Below, piece after piece: positions 1 through 14,396 of a stretch of 64,000 nt of DNA (position 1 is its first letter; the number at the start of each line of letters is the position of its first letter). Source of the DNA: Enoplolaimus lenunculus (taxonomy: Eukaryota); the NCBI GenBank assembly GCA_030248215.1, contig JASANG010003582.1:62001-126000 (forward strand), read 5' to 3'. A program made the position numbers and the translations under genes. Below the pieces are notes generated by a model, which saw only the letters and a program-made list of their open reading frames with translations, had not been told where the DNA came from and did no database searches.

Positions 1-452
1 TCAGAATAGTCTGAAAATTTGCCAGAAAATTTTATTTTAATCATAAATCTGAAATACAAAAGATAGTAGAATTGGAATATATACCAAAGCAAATGCAATC
101 AGCTCAGTGATTGAAAACGGCTGAACACATACGATTTTATATATATTGCTAACCGCAACAATCTTAAAAGCGCAATTTTTAGAGGAAAACACTTGGATTA
201 ACTTTGTCTCTTCAATTGGCGTAATGAATTTAAAGAACGGAAATTAGAAATTTTTGCGCCAAAGTAAACCTAAACCAGTCGTTTATTTTTGAGTACAATA
301 AGTTAGGATAATGAAACAAATTTTTAATACCTACCGAAGATACCGGTAAATTCCGGTGAAAAAACCAAATTTATTACCGGAACGGAACCGGATAGTGAAA
401 AATACCGGACTTCCTTACCGAAATTAGAATTTTGGTAATACCCTGTGCACAT

Positions 453-816
453 CAGGGTGCAACCGGAGGTGAAAATAGCGGAGCCGAGACCAGAGGTCAA
501 CAAAATTTGCCGGAGCCGGAGCCGGAGGTGAGGTGAAATTAGGTAGTAACGATGATGGTTAACTAGTTAATTTTAGCCAATACCTGCAATATGTTGTTAA
601 CTTATTTGGTTTTACGCTAAATTATCTGCGAATGTTCGGAAATTCTTTCCTGAAAATTACGACAAAAGTAAAATTCAAACTGATAAATTTTGGAAAATTA
701 TATATGCAAAATTTTGCTACCAAAATTTCCCGAACCTCCGGCAAAAATTTTACCGGAGCAAGAGCCTGAGGCCGATTTTCTACCGGAGTCGGAGGCAGAC
801 CTCTGGTTGTACACTG
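453..816. mobile_element. hAT-like MITE family A (about 370 bp)
   Basis: TIR CAGGGTGCAACCGGAGG. Flanks gtgcacat/gtacacag resemble an 8-bp TSD. Internal GCCGGA repeats. Confidence 0.85.
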
Positions 817-3539
817 GTACACAGAAAAGTCGCGTATATATACTATATGTCATCCCAGATGTTCCAAATTTTAGTTCGATGTTTGCAAGTCAACAGGAAA
901 ATGTTATCCGTGTTTGCGCGCGAAAAAGATCATACACGATCTGAAACCAATGCATAATATACGTGTATTTGAATACGTTTTTTAGTCATATGATTTTAGT
1001 GTTTACTTGTTTTAGTGTTATGATGTGCCGTACATATCTTTGATTTGATTGTCTCTTTGTGTTTTTTTCCGTTTTCCCTACTAGCCCGCGTTTGCTCAAA
1101 AACCGTTGCTTTTGAAAACTTTGCATATATTCATGATCTCCGTTGATCATTTCACCCCTAAATTTGAATTTTTGAAAAATACAATTGACCCTGAAACGTT
1201 TTTAGGTGTGAAAGGATAAAGGGAGGTCGAGAAGATCAAATATTCAAAATTTTTAAATCGATTCATTTTGGGCAAACGCGGGCTGGGGGATAACGGAAAA
1301 AACCGTCTCATTGCCATAAGTGCATTGCCAATTTTAGTGCATTATTTTTGTTTTTTCTCGTTTTTCGTATATTTAGTGAAATCAAACAATTTGGCTTGGT
1401 TTGCTTGTTGCGTATTTGGAATTGCGATGTAAATTTATGGGGAACAAATTCAGCATTTTTGTACATATATATAACGCGGCAACCATTATTTCATTTCGAG
1501 ATGGTACAAACTCAGTTTAACTTATCACTTTCAAACCTTTAGGACTCTGGTTCCGCAATTGTACGACAAACACATAGTTTCGCTGAAAAATTTGCCGTGG
1601 TCAAAATACAGTCTTCACAGACTGTTCAGTGTGTTAACTCTCGTGAATTTTAGTGCATTGCCAGTTTTTAGTGCATTATATATACCCATGTGACTTTTTC
1701 TTTCTTTACCAATGTATATATTATACGTGTTATACATATATATCTAGGTTTCCAACAAAGGCTAAACTTGTAACGAAAACAGGAACAGGAATTTCATGTT
1801 TGCTAGGGCCAGGACAAAAACAGAATTTGAATTTGAAATGAACTTTTATCATCAAATTGTTCACTATTATAAAAAATTAGTTAAACAATGCCTTAAGCGT
1901 ATTTTCACCTTATTCATAAAGCACATCAGGTTTTATTGAGCTAGGAAAATTTGCCAACACACTAACAAATTTTCGATCATTAAAGACGCAATATCGCAAA
2001 AATTCAGGTTCTTGCATCTTTAAATGCTTGAAAAGGAACAAGAACAGGAATTAAATTTTTTCAGTATTAATTCTGGTATATATACAGTTGCATTTCAGTC
2101 TGAAAGTTGTATGAATCTTTCTAGAGGACTTTAATATTCTGGTTGTGCTTTACATTCCGCTTAACCTTTGTTTTGTTTTTGCGTCATACATGTAGTGTGA
2201 AACGTACTGTTGTGATTGAAGTTTTTTGTATTTTCCCGGTGGGTTTTAAGCAGCATGATGCAATATTTAGAGACGAATTATTATGGTGTAAGGTCATGAC
2301 GATTAGTGTGTTGTGTATATATATTGAAAAATGTTTTAAAAGAACATTGAATATTCTTTAAATTGAAAACGCAGCGTTTCATTCAACTTTTCGAAATTTA
2401 ATACCAGAATAGTGTGCAAGCGTCGCATGGGCCCCTTTTTGCTTCCAAGTCATTAGAATTTTAAGGAGCTTTATATGATCTTTATATGTATTTAAAGTTA
2501 TATTTGTGTTTTATATTACCGCTGTTTGTTTGGTATATAAACGTTCGAGTTCGAGGCGCAAACCATACAGATTTTGCATCACTATTTGCTAAAACACATT
2601 GAACTTACGATTTCACCTTCTCCAGCCTCGGGTCCGACATATATATTCTGTTGACCTTCGGTTTTGGTATTTTTCACATCTGGTTGTACCCTGTTTCTCA
2701 GTATAAAATGTTTACATCCCCACATTGTGGCCATGTATATATACGTGTATAAAACTGTAAAAAGTTTTCTTAAGGCTTAGGCTTGCTAAATAGTATATGT
2801 AACTGTACTACAGCACTCAGTTTTCACATAAACCATTGTTGAGAAGGATTTTTACAATTTTTCGGAACTTGAAGCGGTAGTTTTCCTTTGTTCATCATTG
2901 CTCTTCACTGCGTTAATGTGTATATATGCGTATATCGAAATCATGATTTACTGTTTTCAAAGTTTAATGTTTTTGTTTGGTTTTGTTTTTTTCAATTTTC
3001 ACCAATAAAAAAACGTTGTCACTGAAGCCTACAAACGCTAGAAGGCTGTTGAATATTCATGGACAATGTAAAGAACAGGGGCGGTTCAGTATTTTAAAGC
3101 ATATTTCTAAGCCTAAGCCTAAAGCCTACGCACAAGAATGAGTATGCCTAAAGTCTAGCCTAAAGCGTAGGCCAAGCAAAACAATTAGGCTATTCTAGTA
3201 CCGCAGACAAACTCTCCAATCCTGATCTTTATAGATGGTCCAGCACTGGTGTATATACTTTCTTTTTTAATATTTGTATAAATACTTTTATATTCTTTTG
3301 AATTTTTACGGCCGTACCTAGCCTAGCATATTAAAAGCTCAATCTAATAAGCAAAAAATGTAGTCTTTTAAAATATAAGCCTACACTTTCATACAGTTCT
3401 GCAAGAAATTGGGACAGCCCTAACATTTAGCCTAAACCGAGGTGGATTGACAATGAATTTGGCCCATGTGAAAGGGGCGCCCATGTGTCTGGTTGTATAA
3501 AAATAAAGAGTGGGTTTAAGATTATACATTGTTTCAAGG

Positions 3540-4262
3540 CTTAAGCTTACGCTTAGGCTTACGGTTAGGAACAAATTTTTGCAACGCTTAAGGCTTAAAC
3601 AAATTTTTGCAACGCTTAGGCTCAGGCTTAAGGAATACGCTTATGTTTATACGCCCCTGACGTAAACATTGGTGCCATCTGCTATGGACCGCAAAAATCA
3701 AAACTACGTTCACTAGCGGATTTTAGAGCGGGGGCGGGCGTACGGCCCTTTCAGAAATTTCTTGTGTTTTATATTTAATAGCAGGTCTGTACAATTTTTC
3801 CCCTCAAAAAGGCCTATGTTACTTTTTATTTGGGGCGTCCAGGTTTTTAACGGGAAGGTTTAGATTCTAGATAACATTTTTTGCTTAGATTTAGGCTTAG
3901 GAACAAATTTTTGCAACGCTTAGGCTCAGGCTTAAGGAATACGCTTATGTTTACGCCCCTAACGTAAAACATTGGTTCCATCTGCTATGGACCGCAAAAA
4001 TCAAAACTACGTTCACTAGCGGATTTTAGAGCGGGGGCGGGCGTACGGCCCCTTCAGAAATTTCTTGTGTTTTATTTTTATCCCCTCAAAAAGGCCTATG
4101 TTACTTTTAAAGGGGCGTCCAGGTTTCTATATACGGGGGGGTTTAGATTCTAGATAACATTTTTTTGCTTAGGTTTAGGCTTAGGAACTCATTTTTGCAA
4201 CACTTAGGCTTAGGTGCAGGTTTAGGAATGCGCTTAAAACGCCCCTAAAAAGTAACATTGGT
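3540..4262. repeat. Tandem duplication (~300-bp unit) of a TTAGGC-MITE fragment plus flank
   Basis: The segment at about 3590-3890 is repeated at about 3895-4190. Confidence 0.8.
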
Positions 4263-4819
4263 CAAAAATTAAAAAACAATCACCCCCATAAAAAACTATC
4301 CGCGTATAAAAAATAAATTTAATAGGAATTTTGCGGAATAAAAATATCGAAGAACGGCATTGACGGTTGCCGTAATAATATTTGACGGCAACCGTCTACG
4401 GTGTTTAGTTTGAAATCACTGCAAGCGTAGATACTTTTCTGTATTACTAAGGGTAAGCGTCTAGTTGTTTTTAAAAAAATTAGAGTAACCGTCAACAGTA
4501 CGCTGTTCTTAAGCTAAGTAGTTGTCCGCCAGCTTTATTTTTAACCTACCTTTAGACGGTTGCCATTTTTCATTTTTACGAAATTTTAAACTGAAAAATA
4601 AATTTTCAAAATTAGAAAAGCAATTGATATTGCTGTAAAATTTTTCAGACGGCAACTGTCGTTGCTTATTTAAGGGCGCACCCGTTGAGGGCAGTCGTCT
4701 AAGGTCGATGTAAAATTCCACAGCGTGTTTTAGAAATATTGTGGACGATGCATAATTTAACACCGTCAACAAATATGTGATACTCTGTATACATATTGAT
4801 TTTGGGTAATCGAGAATTC

Positions 4820-5075
4820 GGGGAACTCCTCTTTTTTTAACTTTTTCAGGTTCCAACCTCCCCCCCCCACCCCCCCCCCCCCCTAGCCCCACCCCCCGGC
4901 CGGGGGCGCCCGGGGGGCCCCCCCCCCCCCCCCCCCCCCCCGCCCCCATTCAACCCCCCCCCCTTCTCCCCGAAAAATCCCCCCGCCCCCCCCCCCCCCC
5001 CGCCCCCGACCCCCCAAAAAAAGGGGGGGGGCGCTCCCCCTCGGGGAAGAAAGCACCGAAAAAAAAAAAAAAAAC
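4820..5075. other. Homopolymer-dominated (poly-C/G/A) segment, probable sequencing or assembly artefact
   Basis: Abrupt runs of up to about 25 C among runs of G, A and T, unlike the rest of the window. Confidence 0.7.
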
Positions 5076-7561
5076 AGTGAAAAAATATCTGTTGCAGGTT
5101 GTTGCAAGACAAATGATGACTTTAAGCACTAAATATTTTGATCGGGATTTCTTCGGTTGACAACTGTAGCTCCTAAATCATATGGACAAAATTCACTAAG
5201 GTATCTGACCTTTTATACATCTCTACACGATTGTTCATAGCAAGTATTAACCAATGGGAATAGTTTATAATTTTTAAACATATTGATGGAAATAATCCAG
5301 GGTGTAACTGGAAATCCGTTTTTGTTTCCGGTAAATATCGGTGTCCATTTCCGTTTCTTTTATAGAAAGAACGGAAACTATTATTTTTAGATTAAAAATA
5401 GTTAAAACTCACGCATATATCACGTAATTTTTCGTTACAGACATGCTGCTATGGTTCGGAAATGAAATATAAAATTACAAAATTGAGCCAAAATCTTAAA
5501 AATTTCGATGCATCCGCCATTTTTCTTTATAAATTTTGAAAGACAGGTGAGTATTTGCATTCCTCAATTGTGTTAGCAGAGAAATAAAACATTTTTGAAA
5601 CTTTTATACTTCATTTCGTTTTCCGTTTCCGTTATTTTGACCACTATCCGTTTCCTCTGTTTTTACTATCTGTTTATACCCAACAATCATCAAATCGAAC
5701 AATCATCAAATCGACGTAAATCCATTTTTGGTATTCTATTACAGGCTATGTTGGGTGCTAAATCCATTTCAGACTTGGTTTTGCATAGAATTAGTCGAAA
5801 TTGAATATTTCTGCCTACTGAATTATAATTTTCTAGACTCCATTATTACGTATGCTAAAATAAGTACATTGAAATTGACTAGTCATTATTAAAATGTTTT
5901 AATTTAGGAAACGTAATAAACTCAAATCTGTTTTTGTTTCAGCTTTCGGAAAATCAAGACTTTTATCAATTGTTCTCCGATCAATTAAAGTTCAATTTAC
6001 AACTGAGAGCCGAATTTAAAATGATCCCGTGAGAACCGAGTATACTTGCTACGACTGCAGAAATTTAGTTATGATTTTCTAGAATTTTTTCTTTAAGCTT
6101 AAAGTTCTAAAATTATAGTTTTATATTAAGGGTAGTGTTATACTTTTGATGACGTCCGACGCCGTCAGCCACCAGTACAGCGCCATCTGTTACCCGTACA
6201 GCACCGCCCCCGTCACCCGCACGCCGTCGTCTCCGTCTACGTGCATCACGGTGCGGTATCGCACGCGAACACCCACGTATCATACCATATGATGATGGCG
6301 TAGGGCGCCGCACGGTAACCGACAGCGCCGTAGGAGTGACGGACGGCGCCGTGGGATAAGAGTAGCGAAAACATAACTCTACGCATTGTCAGCAGCTTTT
6401 TCCTACAAAGAATTGTAATATAAATTAGCCGCTAAAGGTTTACCAAGATAACCTTGGGCTGGAACGATATTTAAATAACGAATAGTTTAGCTGATTTTGT
6501 GAACTGGGATTTTCTTTTCTGTGATAACCTCAGTTCGTCAAAGGTGTCATTCATCAGCGATAATTTGAACAAGGTTCGTTGCCAGTTTTTGCGAGAAGGA
6601 ACGCATAGCACCCCTGGTATACATACCTTGCCACACAGCTAATTTCTCTGAAGCTCACAATCTTTGTTTCTAGCCAAATCAGGTGAACAATATGGTAAGG
6701 TCATAAAGCAACTTCAAAAATTTTGCGTCTTCAGCGTAACTGATGAATCTTCAAATCTCGAAAAATTTACTAAACATGCGTTTTAAAACTATAAACTTTC
6801 TTGACACAGGAAGTATCGTCCTCCACCGGAATATTCTTGATCCGCCACACGCGTCCTAATGGACCCCTTGACCATGTAACGATACTTTAAATGCAATTGA
6901 GAAAACTTTCATTGTTACCCTGGAAAAAACGTATCTTAAAATATGCATTTAAAAGAAATCCGATAGATTTCTGTTGTCCAATGTTGTGCTTTTTCCCCGC
7001 AAACTAATACTTGGCGTAAACCAATGTCTGAGTTGACTAAAATTTAAATATTTAAAAAATTGTGGCGAATTTGTACATTACTCCTATTCGTTTCTATTGC
7101 TTGTTTATTAATTTAAAATCTTAATGTTTCACTTTATTACTGTTTCATTTTTTGAACCAAAGTTCAAAGTCTGAAATTGAAATTTATTTTTTCAATTTAA
7201 AATTTTTTGAGTCCTGTATAGATTTTTAGAGTTTTCTTTCGGCAATTGAGACTTCTTCAAGCTAATACCAAGTCTGAAATAGAATATCTAATTTTACCGA
7301 ACAAGGCTTGACCCTACATATATTTTAAACCTGAATTGTAGTTATTATAAGCATTTTCATACGGCAATAAAGAGTTAATAGACACTTAACAAAACTAATG
7401 CGAGTTATGCGGTAGCTAAGATTGTCATTGTTGAGCATTTTGGTTTTGTCGCACACAGAAAATTGTTAACATTTGCTTAGCCCTTTCCCACATAGAGTGT
7501 ACTACGACTGCAATTACTTGCAAACTGTGCGCGTGCAATAAATGATCAATACTAATATTAA

Positions 7562-7824
7562 CCCTTTCTCACATGAATATTTTCTATTTCCCCTGAGACC
7601 TACTTTTATGCTAGGATTCGAACTCCAGTGCCTGGAGTGCGAGGCGTATACCATCACCACTCCGCTATAGGAGCTTGACGCTAGAGCCCGATGGGGCTCT
7701 CACGTCTTGTGGTGATTTAGTACTATGTATACGTGTTGCAATTGTTAAAGACGGTGCTATGTATATTATTTAACGTATATACACTGCGCTGAGTTGCCTA
7801 TAGGCAACTCAATGTGAGAAGAGG
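7562..7824. mobile_element. piggyBac-like MITE family C containing a tRNA-like A/B-box segment
   Basis: TTAA|CCCTTTCTCACAT...ATGTGAGAAGAGG termini. Near-identical copies at about 11369-11632 and 11666-11874. Confidence 0.8.
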
Positions 7825-8050
7825 TCAACACTTGTGTGTAGTACAAAATCTTTGCAATTCATTAGATGGAAACTCCTACATATGAATGGTGACATCAAAC
7901 CTGTTTCAACAGAGAGACTTATGGCTTGAATTCTGATTTGAAATCTAATTTGAGAACTAAGAAACTGAGAATATCTTCGTGAAAAATCGCTAAAATTGAT
8001 ATAATTACAAAACAATTAAAGCAAGATGTAATGTTCTTATGAATGACAGG

Positions 8051-8425
8051 CAGGGTGCAACCGGAAGTGAAAAATACCTGAGCTAGTGCCGGAGCCGGGA
8101 TCAACAAAATTTGCCGGAGCCGGAGCCGGAGGTGAGGTGAAATTAGGTTGTTAAATGATATTTGATTTGTTAATTTTAGCAAATATCTGCAATGTGTTGT
8201 TAAATCGTTTGACTTTACGCTTGTTTTTTTACGAAATCTCGACAGTTTTTTTCCATAAAACTGTGCTTAACATTAAAACAAAACGCGCCAAACTCATAAG
8301 GTTTGTAAAACTTTGCATAATTTCACTACCGAAATTGCCGGAACCTCCGGCAAAAGTTCTAACGAAGCCGAATCCGGAGGTCGAATTTCTGCCGGAGTCG
8401 GAGGCAGACCTCCGGTTGCACCCTG
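8051..8425. mobile_element. hAT-like MITE family A
   Basis: Same TIR; 8-bp flanks atgacagg/atggcagg match at 7 of 8 positions. Confidence 0.88.
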
Positions 8426-9260
8426 ATGGCAGGGAAAGTTCTGGTAAACCATATTCTAACGAGATGTTGCTTTGAAGTTCATCTGTAGTTATTCGTTATA
8501 TTGCATTCTATTCAGTCTTCTACTATAGGAAAGGGATGATGACTTTTGCCTTACAGATTTTTATTAATAGAACTGCGATTACTTGCTTACTCTTCTAACT
8601 CAAAAATTTTTTGGAGCGGCCTGTGAAATGTCGCGTATTCTCTTGGACTAAAAACCACTTTATGCGATTATCACGGGTAGACGGTTAACAGATTGAATAC
8701 AAAATCGGCTTTGGTTATAAGCTTATGCTAGAAAAACAACAAATATAACGTTTTGAACCATCGTCTTCTATCAAATTAACAGAAGTGTGGTAATGAAACG
8801 AGCGATTTTATACTTTTTCCATAAGTTTTACATACAAAGTACTAACAGACTTCAGTTTTGAGTATTTTTAAAATGCTTCATATAATTGTAATTGCTGGGT
8901 TTGTCAGACAGAATTGCTAAACTGAGTGTTAACCAACTAAACTTTGAAGTTTTGGTTTCGTAAATGATGTTAAAATAAGCGTTTATTCGTATCATCTTTG
9001 CCGCATTGTAAAACTGGTGGTTTTAAATTGTCAAGACAGATTAGAATTTAGTGCGTATAGCTGAGTGCTTGAAATATACGTTTAGACAGTGTTTTACGAC
9101 AAATTTTCCAAGGCAGGCGAATAAGATTCATGTTAAGGGCAGTTATTACTTCAGATCCGAAGGGACATTTAGTTTTTATAATGTGTTTTTCAAAAATACT
9201 TTTTCCAATAACTCCTTTTAAATAACTATAAGCATTTGAATAAAAGCATTTGAAGACATT

Positions 9261-9675
9261 CTGCAGTGACCCGAATAAGAGAGGGGGACTGATATTTATT
9301 TGGCCCCTCCAGAGGGCACCCCCTGTTATTCGGTTACGGACTGTTATTTATTTTTGACCCGCCCTCCGCCGCCTTTCGCTACTGACATATATGTGGTGTT
9401 GCAACTATCCGGTAAATTAAACGTTCATTGGTCTTGAATCAAAATCTTGAGCGATAATGCAACGTTAAACGGAATTACCTTCAAACTTAAAGTTTGCTTT
9501 AAAGTTTCGAAGTCAACTTTATTTGGGCCTGGAGTCATTTATGCGCTATAATTAGGGATAATTGATATTTGTGGACACTAATTAGCGTTTAGGGACTCTA
9601 TCCGCTTACCAACTCTATTGGGAGTCAAAATGGGAACCCTCTCTTTATTACCCCCTCTTATTCGGATCGCTACGG
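9261..9675. mobile_element. TA-target MITE family B (Tc1/mariner-type target site)
   Basis: TIR CTGTAGTGACCCGAATAAGAGGG. Other copies at 22026-22349, 24062-~24410, 33733-~33955, ~52757-53168 and 54967-55057. Confidence 0.85.
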
Positions 9676-11368
9676 TACAAATCATTGCTTTATATCAAAT
9701 TTTAATGCAGGTCTTATAGTTACATAAAGTAGTTAAGAAAATCTTATTTTTATTACACTTAATCTATAAGCTTAACACGCTTAAGCAGGGTCAATTCAAT
9801 TTTAATAAAAACGGCCAAAACGCATCGCAAGTCCCCCGTGCCGGTTACCGAAATTTCCTGTATAATCCAAGCTTTTTATGTACACTGGTTCAACATTAAT
9901 GATACATTACTAAAAATGCGTTTTATGAATTTTTGACCACAATAATCTGTATATTTATATATGTTTTCCTCTCCAGTTCAAGGAACAATCGAATGCTCGG
10001 ACACTAGGAAATACTTGGCCCTACGTGCTGTTGACGCTCAAAAGACTCATAAATATTTATTCTGTCTGGTAGGTAGAGAAAAACACAGTCTCGAAGCTAG
10101 TTGAAAAATGCAACCAGGTATATATCATGATATTACTTGTTATGCGAATATTTTAACTGCGCTTGGTGTGGTTTTTCTTCCGTTTTTTGTTTTAAAACAC
10201 ATGTACAGTTTCTAAAACCTCCTGTTTTTTCTGGAAATTTCAGCGATTTTCACCTGGTTTCCAAGACAGTTTCATTCAGGGTGCAAGCGGAGGTACAAAC
10301 AACTATAGCTGGAAGTCGACAAAATTTGCCGGAGACGGAAGTAAAGCAAAAAATGAGGTAATACAAATAACCTTGAATTAGCAAATTTTACCAATAATTT
10401 GCAAAATATTGTCAAAACTCGTTCATAAACGATTGTTAAACGAATGTGAGTAATTAAACCCTTCGAAATTGTTCCAATGTCTGAAATCAGCTCTCTGAAA
10501 GGAACAACTTATATAAAATCGAAAAAACTCAACATACGTCCTGTTGTGCCTAGTGGTACTATCTGTGCACACGAAATTAAACACAACGGTTTTTAATGTG
10601 TAACTCTAATATTTCGTGCGAGCATTATAAATTGTCTACAAGGCGTGAAAGCTCGCTCGGGCTCGAGCATTAAGTTTTATGGTCGAGCTGAGAAGGCAGC
10701 CACCTCTCACTTGAAAATTTCAAGTCAAATTCCCAGCTTGAAAATAGATTTCGATTGAAATTATATACATATTATATTCGTTTGAAAAAGTGTTATAAAT
10801 AAAGCTATAGAATTCTATAAATTGATTTCATATACTTGCTTAAACTGACTGCGTTTCTCATTTATTGACATTGTTTGTGAAAACATCTACTTCTAATGGT
10901 ACGTAATACGCAAAATTTGAATGTTAATACGGAAGTTCTACGCAGCGGTGGAAGCGGGGCTTTCAAACAACCGAGACTGCTGATCTCAACAATTTCTCAG
11001 CTTCGGCTGAGCAGAATCAGTTATGGATTGCTGTTGATAAGTGTATGTTTGTTCATGTTAGGCAAGCAAAACCTTGAAATATTTGTACAGTTCATGGCCA
11101 GTATTACATGGTGTTACTATGATGCTAGATCTTGGAGTTAATCAAATCAAACGTTATCAATGCGCTGTAGTGATATTGTTAAACTTGTATTTCAAAGGGA
11201 TTAACGAGCTGTTCTCTTCTTTTCGACCCGTAATATTGGTTTCCTAACTAAAATGTCTTACTGCTATGAGTATTGTTTGACCATTGCTGAAAACAAATTG
11301 AAGGTTTGAACTCCTTTTTGATATACCACAGAAATGATTGAAAGTTATTCCGTGACTCTGTTGGCTTA

Positions 11369-11874
11369 AACCATTCTCACATGAAAATTTTCTATCTCAT
11401 CTGAGACCTACGTTTATGCTAGGATTCGAACTTCAATGAATGGAGCGGGAGGCGTTTACCATCACCACATAGCTATAGGAGCTTGACGCTCGAGCCCGAG
11501 GGTGCTGTCACGTCTTGTGGTGATTTAGTACTATGTGTACGTGTTGCAATTGTTAAACATTGTGCGATGTATACTATTTAACGTGTGTACACTGCGCTCA
11601 GTTGCCCATAGTCAACTCTATGTGAGAAGGGGTTATAGATAGTTAAGTGAAATTTTTTCTTTTAACCCTTTCTCACATGAATATCTTCTATCTCATCTGA
11701 GACCCACTTTTATGCTAGTAGGAGCTTGACGCTCGAGCCCGAGGGTGCTCTCACGTCTTGTGGGGATTCAGTACTATGTGTACGTGTTGCAATTGTTAAA
11801 CATTGTGCGATATATACTATTTAACGTATATACACTGCGCTTAGTTGCCCATAGTCAACTCTATATGAGAAGAG
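11369..11874. mobile_element. Two adjacent copies of piggyBac-like MITE family C
   Basis: Copies at about 11369-11632 and 11666-11874. The second lacks most of the tRNA-like segment. Confidence 0.8.
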
Positions 11875-14226
11875 TTAAGAATCTTATATGATCAAAGATG
11901 TATAACATGTGGGATTTGCAATTTAGAGAATAGGAGGATACAGAGAGATTTAGTTGCGGTTCATAAAGTTTGGTGTGGTCGCGTTGGACTACTCTTTTAT
12001 TATTTTTTTGCATATTTTCTTTCTTTAACTATTGGTCACGATTATAAATTAGCGTTAAATAGCGTTATGCTTTATAAGACTGCATGTGGATTAACATTTT
12101 TTCAAGAAGCGAGTGACAAAGCATTGTAGTGCATTACCTATATGATGTTAGCTAATTGTTGTTTCTAAATTTACAACTCGACTTAATTCGGACCAGACGT
12201 CTAATATAGAATAGACTTTGTGCAATTCAACGTTGATATATTCTGCTTTGAACGGGTATCGTGCAACTTTTCGTATTTCCAGCAAATTTGTTTAATTGAA
12301 ACATTTATGTTGCGTGTTAATATTACAGGCCTAAAATCTCTGAGTTGTTTAGTTCAATGAGTCTGGTTGGTTCATTCAAGATAAATAGTATAAAATTTCA
12401 ATGGCAAATTTTTAAAAATTGACTTCCGAAATAGGCTTTTCAGAACTACACAAACTGAGTCATATTCGACTCACCAGAGTCGCTCAATGAGTTGAATTTG
12501 ACTTTGGCGGAGTCGTTTTGGCTCATTTTGAGTAATCCCGAAAAGCCTATTTCGGGAACAGTCAATCTGACTCACCATTTGTTGCAGTGTGGTTTCAAGT
12601 ACCTCATCGCCACCCGCCTCTGGTTCCGCAATTTTTAATATCTGGCTGCGTCCTGGCTGCTAAAGCCCGAGCACGTAAGTTTTAAATGGATAGGTATTAT
12701 TAAATGATTATATACGTCCTAGACTACCGGAGTTTCTGTTGATTACACTAATCCACGAATTATATTTTGAGGTCTTACTGTACTTAGTAAAGTGTGCTTA
12801 AAATAACAGTCTGTTCTTACAGTGTCGGATCCAAAAATTTTTCATGGTGCAACGCAATATAACAGTGACGAAACTTTGCGAGCACAGCGAGCGGCAAACC
12901 TAATACAATTATTAAACGTTAGTGCAACATTTTGGGTTTGTGTTAGTCCGGTGGGTATCGGATACCTGCTTGGCGGGAGGCGGGCTATTCTTGGGTCTAC
13001 TCCCCCCTTGGATCCTCTAGTGTGCGCTTTGAGGCCTTGACTAATTGTTATTACAGTCCGCCAAGTAGGCTTTTCTTGCCATAATTACGAAAACAAGCAA
13101 ATTACCGACTGGGTCCACAAACAAAACATAACCAAAATGTTTGCTTACTAATTGAAAAACTACGCCTAAATCTACCATGCATTTATACGCTAAGTCCCGT
13201 CATCACTGATCAAGCGTGTTAGATTTATTAGTTTTGTAGACAATTATTTATGCTTCGATGTACTCTGAATGTTTATGGAAGGTGTCGATATACCGATAAA
13301 TCGTAATGGGTCGCACATGGCGCCATTATGTTCCAAACGGATCAGTAGCTGAGGTAAAATTTCTTTATAGTGGCAGCGCAGCATATACCCATAAACAAGT
13401 CCGGAGCGAAAGGAGTGAAAAACCAAACGTAACTTTAGTGCTAAATTTCAAGTCGCAAAATTGTTTTTGCCATGATGTGATCAGTTAGGGGTCATAGCCT
13501 ATGCGTCCCCTAGGATCCGGCAACATACTCGTTTTTTTAGAAAATATGTCTTGTCGCTCACGACCGCATTTAGTTAATTGACCGCCCTTACATATAGTTA
13601 GGCTGTGGAGTATTTATGCCTCAAAACCAGCCGACCATGCAGCACCGAGTTATTTTCTTAACGGCACAGAACAAGCGAATGTTTTATTAGTTTTTGCTAA
13701 AATAGTTTCACGTTTTGTACATGCTTAGGGGGTTTGGCTAACGCCACCAGTACAGAAAACATTCAACCTTGCCTTGAGGACCTAATTGCAGCCAGTTTAA
13801 GTTGCTACTCATATCACAGATGGTTTTCGTTAAGAATACCATTGTAAATGGTAACGCTTTATAAATAAAGTGATATTAAACTTGCTATCAGATATTTAGC
13901 CGTGTTCAATTATCGCGCTAAAGCGTAAGAGCAAATGAGGCGCTATAATTGTGGTACGGCCGTACGACGCCGAAAGGCAAAGTCAAAAAGCATAATGCCG
14001 CTTTGATTGCATAACAGACGATAAGATAGTTGACCCATCTTTATGAATTTACGAATTTATTTGTTACGAAACCTAAACGTGGTCTGAGCAACAAATGCTT
14101 AAGCAGAAATTTTCCAACCGGATCACATGGACTGAAACTCGATTTTACTTACGCCAGTGAAGTATACAAATGGGATAGCGGATATATCCTCGAGAAACTC
14201 CGAAGAGAGTAGAAAAGCACTTTTGG

Positions 14227-14396
14227 AGGTTGCGCTATACTGTGGCGGATGTACGCCGCGCGTCACTTTGTGTTGCTAACAAATATATAGGCAAAGTCAA
14301 TTTGGTGACGCCCGGTGACGCGCGGCAGGTGGCAAAAATCTTTTACCGTGCCGCACGGAGGCATTCGGCGGCGTACGGCGAGTATAGCGCAACCCT
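14227..14396. mobile_element. Short GC-rich MITE or hairpin
   Basis: GGTTGCGCTATACT...AGTATAGCGCAACC inverted ends. Confidence 0.65.

Noticed and set aside
622..944. Recurring PEPPAK/ESEADL ORFs (also at 8155, 16997, 56048)
   Set aside because: They are translations of MITE family A internal repeats, not a protein family.
4509..5112. Gly-rich ORFs on the minus strand
   Set aside because: They are products of homopolymer runs in a probable low-quality segment.
7610..7674. Functional tRNA gene
   Set aside because: No convincing acceptor stem, and it lies within a multicopy MITE.
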